Assembly (NCBI GenBank): GCA_964354805.1 | Contig: CAYHBD010000002.1 | Span: 1 to 30,702 of the forward strand | From: an uncultured archaeon | GTDB taxonomy: Archaea; Iainarchaeota; Iainarchaeia; Iainarchaeales; GCA-2688035 | Length of the DNA: 30,702 bases | Direction of reading: 5' to 3' | In this document: in pieces, positions 7,788 to 16,271 of the stretch | How positions within the stretch are numbered: position 1 is the first letter of the stretch | Layout of the letters: every line of letters starts with the position of its first letter | Made by a program: the position numbers and the translations under genes | The notes under the pieces: model-generated | The model's database searches: none | The model's input: the letters and a program-made list of their open reading frames with translations, nothing else | What the model was told of the DNA's origin: nothing

Positions 7788-9443
7788 TTGGATGACACTC
7801 TTTTCGACTGTAGCGGCAGCCTTATTGAGAACGCGAGAAAAAGAGCAGCAGGTGCAATGGTTGCAGCAGGCCTGCCTTTGAGTATTGAGGAAGCCTATAA
7901 AATGCAGGTTCAGCTGTTTGAGCAGCTCGGCCCTTTGGAGGATATTTTTGACAGAATGTGCGAAAAACAGCAGCTGAGCAAGGACGAAAGGAAAAAAATT
8001 GTTGAGGCTGCTTTTAACGCCTACAATAGCGATGAGGTTGAACAGATTCAGTTGTTTCCCGATGTATTGCCTGCACTGCGAAAACTGCGCAAAAAAGGAA
8101 TTAAAACAGCTTTGATTACAAGCGGAATCTTTGAAAGGCAGCGGAAAAAAATTGAACTGCTTGGCTTGCAGGACAAATTCGATTTGGTTTTGATTCACGA
8201 TGTTGAAAAGGATGCAAGCAAGGAAGAAAAATTCCAGATTGCGTTGCGGGAACTGAACCTGCTGCCACAGCATGTTGCCGTTGTTGGAGACAGGGTTCAC
8301 AGCGAAATAAGGATTGCAAACAAGCTTGGGATGGTTAGCGTCAGAATTATGAGAGGCAGGTTCAGCTCTGTCAAGCCGAGAACAGATTTGGAGGAACCTG
8401 ATTTTAAAATAAAGAAAATCAGTGAATTGCCGGCGCTGCTTGAAAAAGTAAAGCACCTGCAGAAAAAGGAAAACGGTTTCAAAATTGTTGCAATAGGCGG
8501 AGGCACAGGGCTGCCAAGCGTTCTAAGCGGCCTAAGGGAGCACACAAAGCGCCTTACCGCAATTGTTACTGTAACTGACAGCGGCAGAAGCAGCGGTGTT
8601 CTGCGCAATGACCTGAATGTTCTGCCTCCGGGAGATATCAGAAATTGCTTAATCAGCCTGAGTAATTCAGGCGAATTGATGAAGCAGCTTTTCCAGTACA
8701 GGTTCTCAGGCGGCAAGCAGCTTGATGGAATGAGTTTGGGCAATCTTTTCATTGCAGGCCTTGCAAAGGTTACCGGCAGCTTTGAGAAAGCTATAAAGGA
8801 AACAAGCAAAATCCTTGCAATTGAAGGGCAGGTTCTGCCCTCAACACTTACCGATACGCATTTGTGCGCCGAGCTTTCCGATGGCAGCATTATAGAGCAG
8901 GAATTCAATGTAAGAAAGCTTGACAAGGCGCCAATAAAGAGGGTTTTCTTAAAGCCTGCAAACGCTTCCCTGCTGCCTGCCGCTGCAAAGGCAATAAAGG
9001 AAGCCGATTTGATTGTTCTCGGTCCTGGGAGCTTGTTCACCTCCGTTATCACAAACCTTCTTGTGAAGGGAATGCCTGCTGCAATCAAAAAGAGCAAGGC
9101 GAAAAAGGTTTTAATCTGCAATATTATGACCCAGGCTGGGCAAACCGATAATTTCACTTTGAGCCGGCACATTAATACTGTTGAGCAATACCTGGGCAAG
9201 AATGTTCTGGATTTCTTGATAATCAACAATGGAAAGCCAAGCGCTGCTGTTCTGCAGCATTACAAGAAAGAGAATGCGCAGCTTGTGGCAGCCGACAAGC
9301 AGAATCTCCCTGCAAAGTTGCAGGTGATTGAAGCCGATTTGATTGACAGAAAAAGGGCTGTTGCGCACGAATGGCGCAAGGTTGATTTGCTCAGGCACGA
9401 CAGCGAAAAGCTGGCGAAATTGCTGATCGGATTGATTGGCTGA
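7758..9443 (+). CDS. Fusion: HAD-IA hydrolase (N-terminal, about 235 aa) + YvcK/GlmR (CofD-like) domain
   Basis: FFDLDDTL, LITSG, VGDRVHSEI HAD motifs; KIVAIGGGTGL, IVTVTDSGRSSG.LR, PPGDIRNCL, LGPGSLFTS, LRHDSEKLA YvcK motifs in one frame. Confidence 0.9.
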   Translation: MADIRAIFFDLDDTLFDCSGSLIENARKRAAGAMVAAGLPLSIEEAYKMQVQLFEQLGPLEDIFDRMCEKQQLSKDERKKIVEAAFNAYNSDEVEQIQLFPDVLPALRKLRKKGIKTALITSGIFERQRKKIELLGLQDKFDLVLIHDVEKDASKEEKFQIALRELNLLPQHVAVVGDRVHSEIRIANKLGMVSVRIMRGRFSSVKPRTDLEEPDFKIKKISELPALLEKVKHLQKKENGFKIVAIGGGTGLPSVLSGLREHTKRLTAIVTVTDSGRSSGVLRNDLNVLPPGDIRNCLISLSNSGELMKQLFQYRFSGGKQLDGMSLGNLFIAGLAKVTGSFEKAIKETSKILAIEGQVLPSTLTDTHLCAELSDGSIIEQEFNVRKLDKAPIKRVFLKPANASLLPAAAKAIKEADLIVLGPGSLFTSVITNLLVKGMPAAIKKSKAKKVLICNIMTQAGQTDNFTLSRHINTVEQYLGKNVLDFLIINNGKPSAAVLQHYKKENAQLVAADKQNLPAKLQVIEADLIDRKRAVAHEWRKVDLLRHDSEKLAKLLIGLIG

Positions 9444-9471
9444 ATGTGATGGCAAAAAATCAGTGGAGTTA

Positions 9472-12400
9472 TTAATTGCCCTGATTGTTTAATTCCATTT
9501 TTTTTCCTGTCACTGCCTCAATGAACAGCCTTCTTACAGTGCCATCTTTCTTTTTCAGGAATGATTCAAAGACAGGCAAATAAACCACATCTATTTTTTT
9601 TACTATTGCGTTCTGCCACAACTTTTTCAGCATTTTTGGCAAAGCGTTCCTGTCGATTGCAGCGTGCATTAGGCTGATTGCTGTTGCGTTCTCAACAGGC
9701 AGCCTGCTCAATGATGCAAGCAATGGGTGCAAAGCATTTGAGGGCAAATCAATTTCTTTTACCGTGCTGACAAAGTCTGTTCCTGCGCTCTCCTCAATTC
9801 TAACATAGCCTTTTTCCAGAAGGTTCCGCACTGTTCTCTTTACAACAGCTTCTTCTTCCTCCATTTGCTGGACTATTGCGGCAAACTCTTTCTTCCTGTT
9901 CTCAAGCGCTAATAGAACCTTCACTTCCCTTTCACTTAATTCATTCAGCTGCTGCAGGCCCTTGCTTTCAATGAACTGCCTTTTGCCCGGCAGAAAGTGC
10001 ATAAACTCTCCGGAAATGCTGTTGATGAATGCCTCTACTCTGTGGAATGCCTGCTTGTTTCCGAACGCATGCAATTCAACCCTGAAAACAGGCAGATAGC
10101 GCAGCTGCACGCTGTCAAGCCCCTCTTCCTCTCCAATCAAGCCCAAAAATTTCTTTTTCCTGATTGAATTGAACATTGCCTTTGCCTGCTCTTCTTTTAC
10201 GTTTGCAGGGAAAGCAAGCAATTCAACTTCTTCGCCTGACAGCGCCTCTTTTTCCTCTTGTTCAACTTCCTCTTCAGGCTCGCCGACAGGTTCCTCTGCT
10301 ATTTCTTCTTCCTCTTCTTCCGCGCCTGGCTGCATTATTGAACTGCTTTTTCCGTCAATTATTGCACCGCTTTCTTCCACTGCACCAAGCACTTCGCTCA
10401 GCTTTATTTTTGCGTTGTATTTTGCATTCAGTGTTTTAACCAGCTCGTCAACATCGCCTGTGGCAAGCCTGCCGCTTTTCCTCAGCTTGTTGTTCACCAT
10501 TTCAACTGCCAAAAGCAGCACTTTTTCCTTTCCCAGGTGCATTTCCCTTTCGGCTGTTTCCGATTCCCTGCCCTCGTGCTGTGACATTCTGGGCCTGACC
10601 CTTAAAATAAATGCCCTGCTTGTTTCCTCGCGCCTGTCCCCCACAAGGGCAACACCTATTGGGAGGGTTTTGATAAAGTTGCTTTTCCTGTACCTTTTCG
10701 GCACAATTGTCGGAGTCCTTTTGTAAATTGCCTTAATGTCGTCGTCAAATACCAATTTGTGCGCAATCATCAAGTCAAGCTGGCTCAAGACCTTTGAATT
10801 TATTGCGCTTGGCTGCTGTGTTGCGAAAACAATTGAGCAGCCTGGCTGCCTTCCCTGCTTCACATACTCAACAAGCGCATTGCTTGCCGGCGATGCAATG
10901 TTTCCGCTTGGAATAAGCGTATGCGCTTCATCAATGAAAAGCCATGTTGGCGGAATCCCGAATTCAAGCAGCTTGTCCATGTCCTGCTCTTTCTCGTAGC
11001 GCTGCGCAGACTCCTGCCTTGTGCTAATCTTTCTTGCAGCAAGAATCCTTCTTGCAAGCAATCCGATCACCAAAGCGCTTACATTGTCATCCAAAAAGCT
11101 GGTGTCAATTATCGTAAGCTGGTTCTGCCTGCTCAATTCTCCCAGTGGAGTGCCCTTTTCGTCAAAAATGCCCCATGCTTTTGCTGCATCAAACCTGCTT
11201 GCCAATGCCCTTATTGAATCGCTCTTATACCCCATTTCGCTGCTTGAAAGTTCGCTGTCTGTGTGAAGGCATTCAATCAATCCATCCATTGAAAAATTGT
11301 CCTTTCTGCCCTTGATTGTTTTCCCTTCCTTGTTTTTGTAGCCGTTCTTAATCTTGAAAATTGTTTTCTCCATCAGCAGGCCGCTTGGGCTGAACCTGTC
11401 TATTCCAAATGTTAAGCACCAGTCTTCTGTTGTTAGCAAAGCAGGCTGTATGCTGAATGTTTCGTCAAAAGTGTTTGATGGCATTTTGTCCTGCATTCCT
11501 GCCGGAACAAACACCTTGACATTCTCAAGGCCCTGCGGCAGCATGTCCCACTTCGCAAGCAACTGCAGTTCCTTTTCATCCTTGTTCGGAAAGCGCATGC
11601 TCCAGAAAACGCCTACCGGGTCGACAACAATTGTCCCGACATTCTTGTTGTGCAGCGCGAGCTCTTCAGCAATTATCCCAAGCAAGTAAGATTTTCCGGA
11701 TCCGCGTGCACCGCAAATAAATACCACGTGTGGGTTTAGGCTGTCCAGGAAAACATGCTTTCCCTTTGAATCCTCTTCAGCCACTTCCCCGATGAAAAGC
11801 CCTGCCTCGCTTCCGTATTTCTGGGCAACGCTTTTCTTTCTCCCAATGAAAACATTTCCGCCATCATCCTGCAAAAAGCTCAGCGCAGGCTTCATTCCAA
11901 TGTGCTGCACCAGTTCAGGCTTTTGTTCAACGGCTTCCGCCAGCTCTCCAAGCGGTTCGCCTTCTTTTACCCCAACCTCTTTTACGCCAGCCTCTTTATC
12001 CAAATCAAGCAACTCCTCTTGCTTTGCAGCCTTGGCAGCCTTTGCAACAACAATCCTCTTTATCTTCGCCCTAAGGCGCTTTTTTCCCTCATCCTCGTCA
12101 ACCGGCGGAGCAATCACCTTTGCCTTTCTCTGCCTTTTCTTTCTCGCGGGCTTTTCCTCTTCTTCGCTTTCCTCCCCTTCAGCCTCATCAGGCTCGCTTT
12201 CTTCCTCTTCTTCTGCCTCTTCTTCGTCTTCTTCTTCAGCAGCCTCTTCCTCTTCGCTTTCCTCTTCTTCCTGCTCTGCATCTCCCCCTTTGGTTTCCTC
12301 TTCCCGCTCTTCTGTTTCTTCTGCCTCTTCCTCGTTTTCCTCTGCCGCCTCTTCGCTTTCTTCCCCTTTGCTTTCCTCTTTTTCAGCCTCTTTTCTGCCT

Positions 12401-12510
12401 GTTTTTTTCGCTGCCTTCGCTTTCCCTGTTTCTTCTCCGAAGACCTCTTCAAACAGGTCACTGCCTTTTTCTTCAGCAGGCTCATTATCTTCATTCTTTT
12501 CTTTGGGCAT
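9472..12510 (-). CDS. HerA/DUF87-like P-loop ATPase with acidic N-terminal extension and C-terminal winged-helix-containing region
   Basis: HVVFICGARGSGKSY (Walker A), IVVDPVG, WLFIDEAH (Walker B), KQGRQPG.SIVFATQQPS; ATG 12510 with GTGGT RBS. Confidence 0.85.
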   Translation of the reverse strand: MPKEKNEDNEPAEEKGSDLFEEVFGEETGKAKAAKKTGRKEAEKEESKGEESEEAAEENEEEAEETEEREEETKGGDAEQEEEESEEEEAAEEEDEEEAEEEEESEPDEAEGEESEEEEKPARKKRQRKAKVIAPPVDEDEGKKRLRAKIKRIVVAKAAKAAKQEELLDLDKEAGVKEVGVKEGEPLGELAEAVEQKPELVQHIGMKPALSFLQDDGGNVFIGRKKSVAQKYGSEAGLFIGEVAEEDSKGKHVFLDSLNPHVVFICGARGSGKSYLLGIIAEELALHNKNVGTIVVDPVGVFWSMRFPNKDEKELQLLAKWDMLPQGLENVKVFVPAGMQDKMPSNTFDETFSIQPALLTTEDWCLTFGIDRFSPSGLLMEKTIFKIKNGYKNKEGKTIKGRKDNFSMDGLIECLHTDSELSSSEMGYKSDSIRALASRFDAAKAWGIFDEKGTPLGELSRQNQLTIIDTSFLDDNVSALVIGLLARRILAARKISTRQESAQRYEKEQDMDKLLEFGIPPTWLFIDEAHTLIPSGNIASPASNALVEYVKQGRQPGCSIVFATQQPSAINSKVLSQLDLMIAHKLVFDDDIKAIYKRTPTIVPKRYRKSNFIKTLPIGVALVGDRREETSRAFILRVRPRMSQHEGRESETAEREMHLGKEKVLLLAVEMVNNKLRKSGRLATGDVDELVKTLNAKYNAKIKLSEVLGAVEESGAIIDGKSSSIMQPGAEEEEEEIAEEPVGEPEEEVEQEEKEALSGEEVELLAFPANVKEEQAKAMFNSIRKKKFLGLIGEEEGLDSVQLRYLPVFRVELHAFGNKQAFHRVEAFINSISGEFMHFLPGKRQFIESKGLQQLNELSEREVKVLLALENRKKEFAAIVQQMEEEEAVVKRTVRNLLEKGYVRIEESAGTDFVSTVKEIDLPSNALHPLLASLSRLPVENATAISLMHAAIDRNALPKMLKKLWQNAIVKKIDVVYLPVFESFLKKKDGTVRRLFIEAVTGKKMELNNQGN

Positions 12511-12695
12511 TAAAAACCACTTTAGCACTATAGCGAACTGCCTATGTTTTTGAACTTTTTATTGCAGTTTGCTATTTGCAAAAAGCAATTCAATATTCAA
12601 TCATTTAGGCTTTTTGCTATAAAATAGACGCGCTTCAAATATTTTAAGTTAATGTTTTCGGATTTCAGCCCCAAAAAATTGTTTTTGCCTTTTCC

Positions 12696-13451
12696 CTATC
12701 CCTCAATTCTGTTGAACAGGAATGCTGCAATTATGATGAATGCCGTAGTGAATGCGCCGATTACTCCCAGCGATACTGCAAAAGGAATGTCTGATGTTCC
12801 AAGCAATAGGAAGCGCAGCCCGCTTACCCCGTATGTCAGCGGGTCTAGCATGCTGATTGTTCTCAGGAACTGCGGAGCGCTTTCCAATGGAAAGAGTGCC
12901 CCGCTCAAAAAGAACAATGGCATCATCAAAAAATTCATTATCAGCTGGAAGCCGTGCATGTCCTCCATTACTGATGCAATCGCTATTCCCAGCGAAACAA
13001 ACATTACCGAAACCAGCATCATAAACCCGAGCAGAAGCGCAACATTCACCAGCTGTATTTGCGCTCCAAGCAGCATTGCTATTCCCAGTATTATTGCCCC
13101 CTGCACTATTGCCGTTGTCGCCCCTCCAAGCGCTTTTCCCACCACTATGGATATTCTGCTTATTGGCGCAACCAGTGTTTCTTTCAGGAACCCGAATTGC
13201 CTGTCCATTAAAACAATTATTCCCGAGAACATTGAGCCGAACATTAAAACCATTCCAATTATTCCAGGGGTGATGAACTGCAAATAATTCCCTCCCGAGG
13301 GAAGCGCGAACGCATTGTTCAATCCTGTTCCAAGTATTGCGAGGAAAAAGAACGGCATTCCAAGGCTGCCCAAAACCCTGCTCTTTGACCTAAAGAACCT
13401 GATTATTTCCCTCTTCCACAGAATATAAATCCCAAGCAATTCCCTGTTCAT
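12696..13451 (-). CDS. ABC-2 transporter permease (DrrB-like)
   Basis: DRQFGFLKETLVAPISR, FFLSGALFP, DPLTYGV motifs; ATG 13451 after GGTGG RBS. Confidence 0.92.
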   Translation of the reverse strand: MNRELLGIYILWKREIIRFFRSKSRVLGSLGMPFFFLAILGTGLNNAFALPSGGNYLQFITPGIIGMVLMFGSMFSGIIVLMDRQFGFLKETLVAPISRISIVVGKALGGATTAIVQGAIILGIAMLLGAQIQLVNVALLLGFMMLVSVMFVSLGIAIASVMEDMHGFQLIMNFLMMPLFFLSGALFPLESAPQFLRTISMLDPLTYGVSGLRFLLLGTSDIPFAVSLGVIGAFTTAFIIIAAFLFNRIEG

Positions 13452-13501
13452 TTCGCGCACCACCAAAATTATTTTTTTTCAATTTTTGCTTTTTTGTTTT
13501 T

Positions 13502-13600
13502 CTCAAATCAGAATTAAAAGAACAGAAAAGCAATTAAAAACAGATGGCTGGTGCTGGAACTTTCTCGCCCATGCGGGCGGTGCTGGCTGCTTTGTTTTTT
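13502..13600 (+). repeat. Intergenic repeat family A, copy 1
   Basis: CAGAATTAAAAGAACAGAAAA...AAAAACAGATGGCTGGTGC...CGCCC...GCGG; matches 24121-24195, and 24/28 nt with 16222-16249. Confidence 0.75.
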
Positions 13601-13605
13601 TCTTA

Positions 13606-14193
13606 TTATTGTATGCCCAGGCGTAGCCATATGTAGACTTTGCCGTCGTATGTTACTAGGAATTTTGTCGAGTTGTTTTCGTCTAGTTTTGCTGGGATCC
13701 ATTCTCCCAGTTGGCATTCGCCTTTTTCTATGTCTTCTTCAGTGCATAAATAGTTTTTGCGTTTGTATAAAATGTTGTTTTCTTTTTTAAATCGTTCTCC
13801 TTGTGGAATAAAACTTTCCCATTCTTCGGGCATGCTGCATACGGGACCGCTAGCTGATGTTCTGGGGGCGTTGCAGGTTATGAAGCAGATGACGTCTTCG
13901 TCGCATTCGCTTTCGTCAAAGGCTTCTTGGGCGCCTAAGAGCCGGTCTTTTGCGAAGGTTATTTGGTAGCCTTCGTTTGTTTGTGTTGTGACAGGGTATT
14001 TTTCGGCTAGTTCTTCGGGGCCTCCTGTGTTGCCCATTTGAATTGCTTCTGTGGCTAGGGATATGGCTTCTTCTTCGGATTTGATTTGTTTGCCGGAATC
14101 AAATAATAGGGTTTTTCCGGAGGGGGGCTGAAAGCACCCGCTCAAGACAATAAACAACGCTAGTAATCCAAGAACTAAAATTGCTTTTTTCAT
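13606..14193 (-). CDS. Secreted/lipoprotein-like protein, Cys-rich
   Basis: MKK + hydrophobic stretch + LSGC lipobox-like motif; six further Cys. Confidence 0.8.
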   Translation of the reverse strand: MKKAILVLGLLALFIVLSGCFQPPSGKTLLFDSGKQIKSEEEAISLATEAIQMGNTGGPEELAEKYPVTTQTNEGYQITFAKDRLLGAQEAFDESECDEDVICFITCNAPRTSASGPVCSMPEEWESFIPQGERFKKENNILYKRKNYLCTEEDIEKGECQLGEWIPAKLDENNSTKFLVTYDGKVYIWLRLGIQ

Positions 14194-14249
14194 GCATATA
14201 TACTGTTCCTTCCCCTATTTTATTCTTTCGGAAAGGCGCCCGCTCTTTT

Positions 14250-14324
14250 CTATCTCCCTCGCCCCCATGCCATTCTTCTTCTCCTCATTGCCTCTTTTGG
14301 GTTTGCCTCTTCTTCCCTTATTGT
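14250..14324 (-). pseudogene. Orphan copy of the ABC ATPase 3' end
   Basis: Encodes TIREEEANPKEAMRRRRMAWGRGR* vs TIREEEANPKDAMRRRRMAFGHGR* at 15189-15263. Confidence 0.9.
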
Positions 14325-14418
14325 CGGCAATAGCCCCTGGTTTTGAAGTAAAAAGCAATTGTTTGCCCGGCAATGGCTTACCGAAAAAAATAAATACAAA
14401 GGCAGAGTTAATTTTTTC

Positions 14419-15156
14419 ATGAAGAAGAAAGGCGGGGCAATACTGATTGGATTTAAGCACGCTGGTTTGGAAAATGCAAAAAGGGTGATTGCCGAGTTGG
14501 AAAAACAGGGCTTAAAAAACGGTGACTTGATTGCCCTTGAGGGCCACAAAGAAGCTGTAAAATTATCATTAAAGCTGGTTGGCAACAGAATGGAAGCTGA
14601 ACGCCTTTGCAAAGGGCACGCTGGCATTATCAGCAATCTTGAAGCTGATATTTTTCATTTGAAAAACTCTGCTCGAAAAGGGGCTGATGTGGCTAAAGCC
14701 CTTAGAACTAGTAAGGCTTTCCTGAAATTTGAAAACTACACCTTGGATTCCCTTATTTTCAATCAAATAGTTTACTCGCTTTTTGTTGCAAAAAAGGCAA
14801 GGCTTTTGCCGCTTGACAAAGAATCAGCAGTAAGAAGAGCAAGCCCTGGCAAAGCAACTGGCCGCAGGGAAGAAAGGATAAGAGCCCTTGTTCTGATTCC
14901 AATCAGGGAGAAGCGCTGGAAAAGGGTTCTCCAAAATGCGCCTGAAAAACCAAGGTTTGTCCTCTGCGGCGGGACCCATTTATCGGCCGTAAAAAAAATG
15001 ATTCCCTATGAAAAGGCAATAAATCTTGCACCAGTTAAGGAAAGAATAAAACAAACCCCAAAAGCAGTTTACAGCAGGCTTCTTTACAAAGCAATCAAAG
15101 CAAAAAAGAAATTAAGAAGGTCTTTTGGGGCAAAGCCAAGGCTTGCAAGAAAATAA
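14419..15156 (+). CDS. Highly basic hypothetical protein
   Basis: Long K/R-rich ORF; LIGFKH..IALEG..LPLD..IRE..VLCGGTHL pattern loosely recalls the TraB/Tiki fold; ATG 14419 preferred. Confidence 0.65.
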   Translation: MKKKGGAILIGFKHAGLENAKRVIAELEKQGLKNGDLIALEGHKEAVKLSLKLVGNRMEAERLCKGHAGIISNLEADIFHLKNSARKGADVAKALRTSKAFLKFENYTLDSLIFNQIVYSLFVAKKARLLPLDKESAVRRASPGKATGRREERIRALVLIPIREKRWKRVLQNAPEKPRFVLCGGTHLSAVKKMIPYEKAINLAPVKERIKQTPKAVYSRLLYKAIKAKKKLRRSFGAKPRLARK

Positions 15157-15188
15157 TTCCATTCCAGACACTTTTTTTCCCGCCTTTC

Positions 15189-16184
15189 TTATCTCCCGTG
15201 CCCGAAAGCCATTCTTCTTCTCCTCATTGCATCCTTCGGGTTTGCCTCTTCTTCCCTTATTGTTCTTCCCGTATAGTGCAAAAAAACGTCATCCAGGCTC
15301 GGTTTTCTCAGGCTCACTGATTCAACCTCCATTCCGTGCTTTTCCATCAACCGCAGCAGAACCGGTATTTTTTCCTCGCCTTTTTCCACCCTGACATCAA
15401 TGAAGCCGTCGTGCTTTACAACCTTCTTCACCCAATTCAGCTGCCGCAGTTTCTTTTCGCATTCAGCGGCAGCGCTGCACCTGATTGAAACAATGTCTCC
15501 CCCAAGGCTGTTCTTCAGGTTCTCAGGCTTGTCAATCGCAATTATTTTTCCCCCGTCAATTATTGCAACATTATTGCAAACGCTGTCAGCCTCATCCATA
15601 TAATGCGTTGTCAAAATAACAGTAATCCCCTCGCTCTTATTCAATTCCTTAATGTACTCCCAAATCGCAGCCCTGGTCTGCGGATCCAAGCCAATCGTCG
15701 GCTCATCCAAAAAAAGCACTTTAGGATGATGAATCAGCCCCCTCGCAATCTCCAGCCTCCTCTTCATCCCACCCGAAAAAGTCTTCACAACATTATTCAA
15801 ATTCCTCTCCAACCCAACCAGTAGCACCGCTTCCGCAATCCTCTTCCTCCTCTCCTGCTTCGGAACAGCATACAAAGCAGCGTGAATATCCAAATTCTCG
15901 GCAGCAGTCAGCTCGTCATCCAGGCTCGGGTCCTGAAAAACAATCCCAATGCTTTTCCTTACAGAATCAGCCTGCCTCGCAATATCAAACCCGTTCACCA
16001 AAGCCCTTCCGCTGCTCGGCTTCCTCATTGTAACAAGCATCGAAATCAAAGTAGTCTTGCCGGCGCCATTCGGTCCAAGCAAACCAAAAATCTCGCCATG
16101 AGCAATAGAAAGATTAACGCTGTCAACAGCCCTCAAGTTCCCATAGCTCTTGCTCAAGCCCTGCACGGAAATAGCATTTTGCAT
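15189..16184 (-). CDS. ABC transporter ATP-binding protein (DrrA-like)
   Basis: GPNGAGKTT, FSGGMKRR, LFLDEPT, TTHYMDEA, PSLDDVFLHYTG. Confidence 0.95.
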   Translation of the reverse strand: MQNAISVQGLSKSYGNLRAVDSVNLSIAHGEIFGLLGPNGAGKTTLISMLVTMRKPSSGRALVNGFDIARQADSVRKSIGIVFQDPSLDDELTAAENLDIHAALYAVPKQERRKRIAEAVLLVGLERNLNNVVKTFSGGMKRRLEIARGLIHHPKVLFLDEPTIGLDPQTRAAIWEYIKELNKSEGITVILTTHYMDEADSVCNNVAIIDGGKIIAIDKPENLKNSLGGDIVSIRCSAAAECEKKLRQLNWVKKVVKHDGFIDVRVEKGEEKIPVLLRLMEKHGMEVESVSLRKPSLDDVFLHYTGRTIREEEANPKDAMRRRRMAFGHGR

Positions 16185-16206
16185 GGAATACTAAAACTCT
16201 GAATGA

Positions 16207-16215
16207 ATTTAAAAA
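16207..16215 (-). promoter_or_regulatory. TATA box for ABC ATPase (leaderless spacing)
   Basis: TTTTTAAAT on the minus strand about 24 nt upstream of ATG 16184. Confidence 0.6.
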
Positions 16216-16221
16216 TCGTTT

Positions 16222-16270
16222 GCTGGTGCTGAATGTTTATCGCCCATGCTGAGGCTGCTGAATTGTTTTG
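16222..16270 (+). repeat. Intergenic repeat family A, copy 2 (3' half)
   Basis: GCTGGTGCTGAATGTTTATCGCCCATGC...GGCTGCT...TTGTTTT. Confidence 0.75.
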
Positions 16271-16271
16271 T

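Noticed and set aside
11792-12553. Several long overlapping ORFs (Ser-, Phe-, Lys-rich)
   Set aside because: Shadow frames of the low-complexity Glu-rich HerA N-terminus
14250-14636. 128-aa minus-strand ORF
   Set aside because: Only its last 24 codons are meaningful (ghost ATPase end); the rest is antisense to the 14419 gene
14250-15263. Diversity-generating retroelement TR/VR pair
   Set aside because: Mismatches are not adenine-specific in one copy and no reverse transcriptase is in the window
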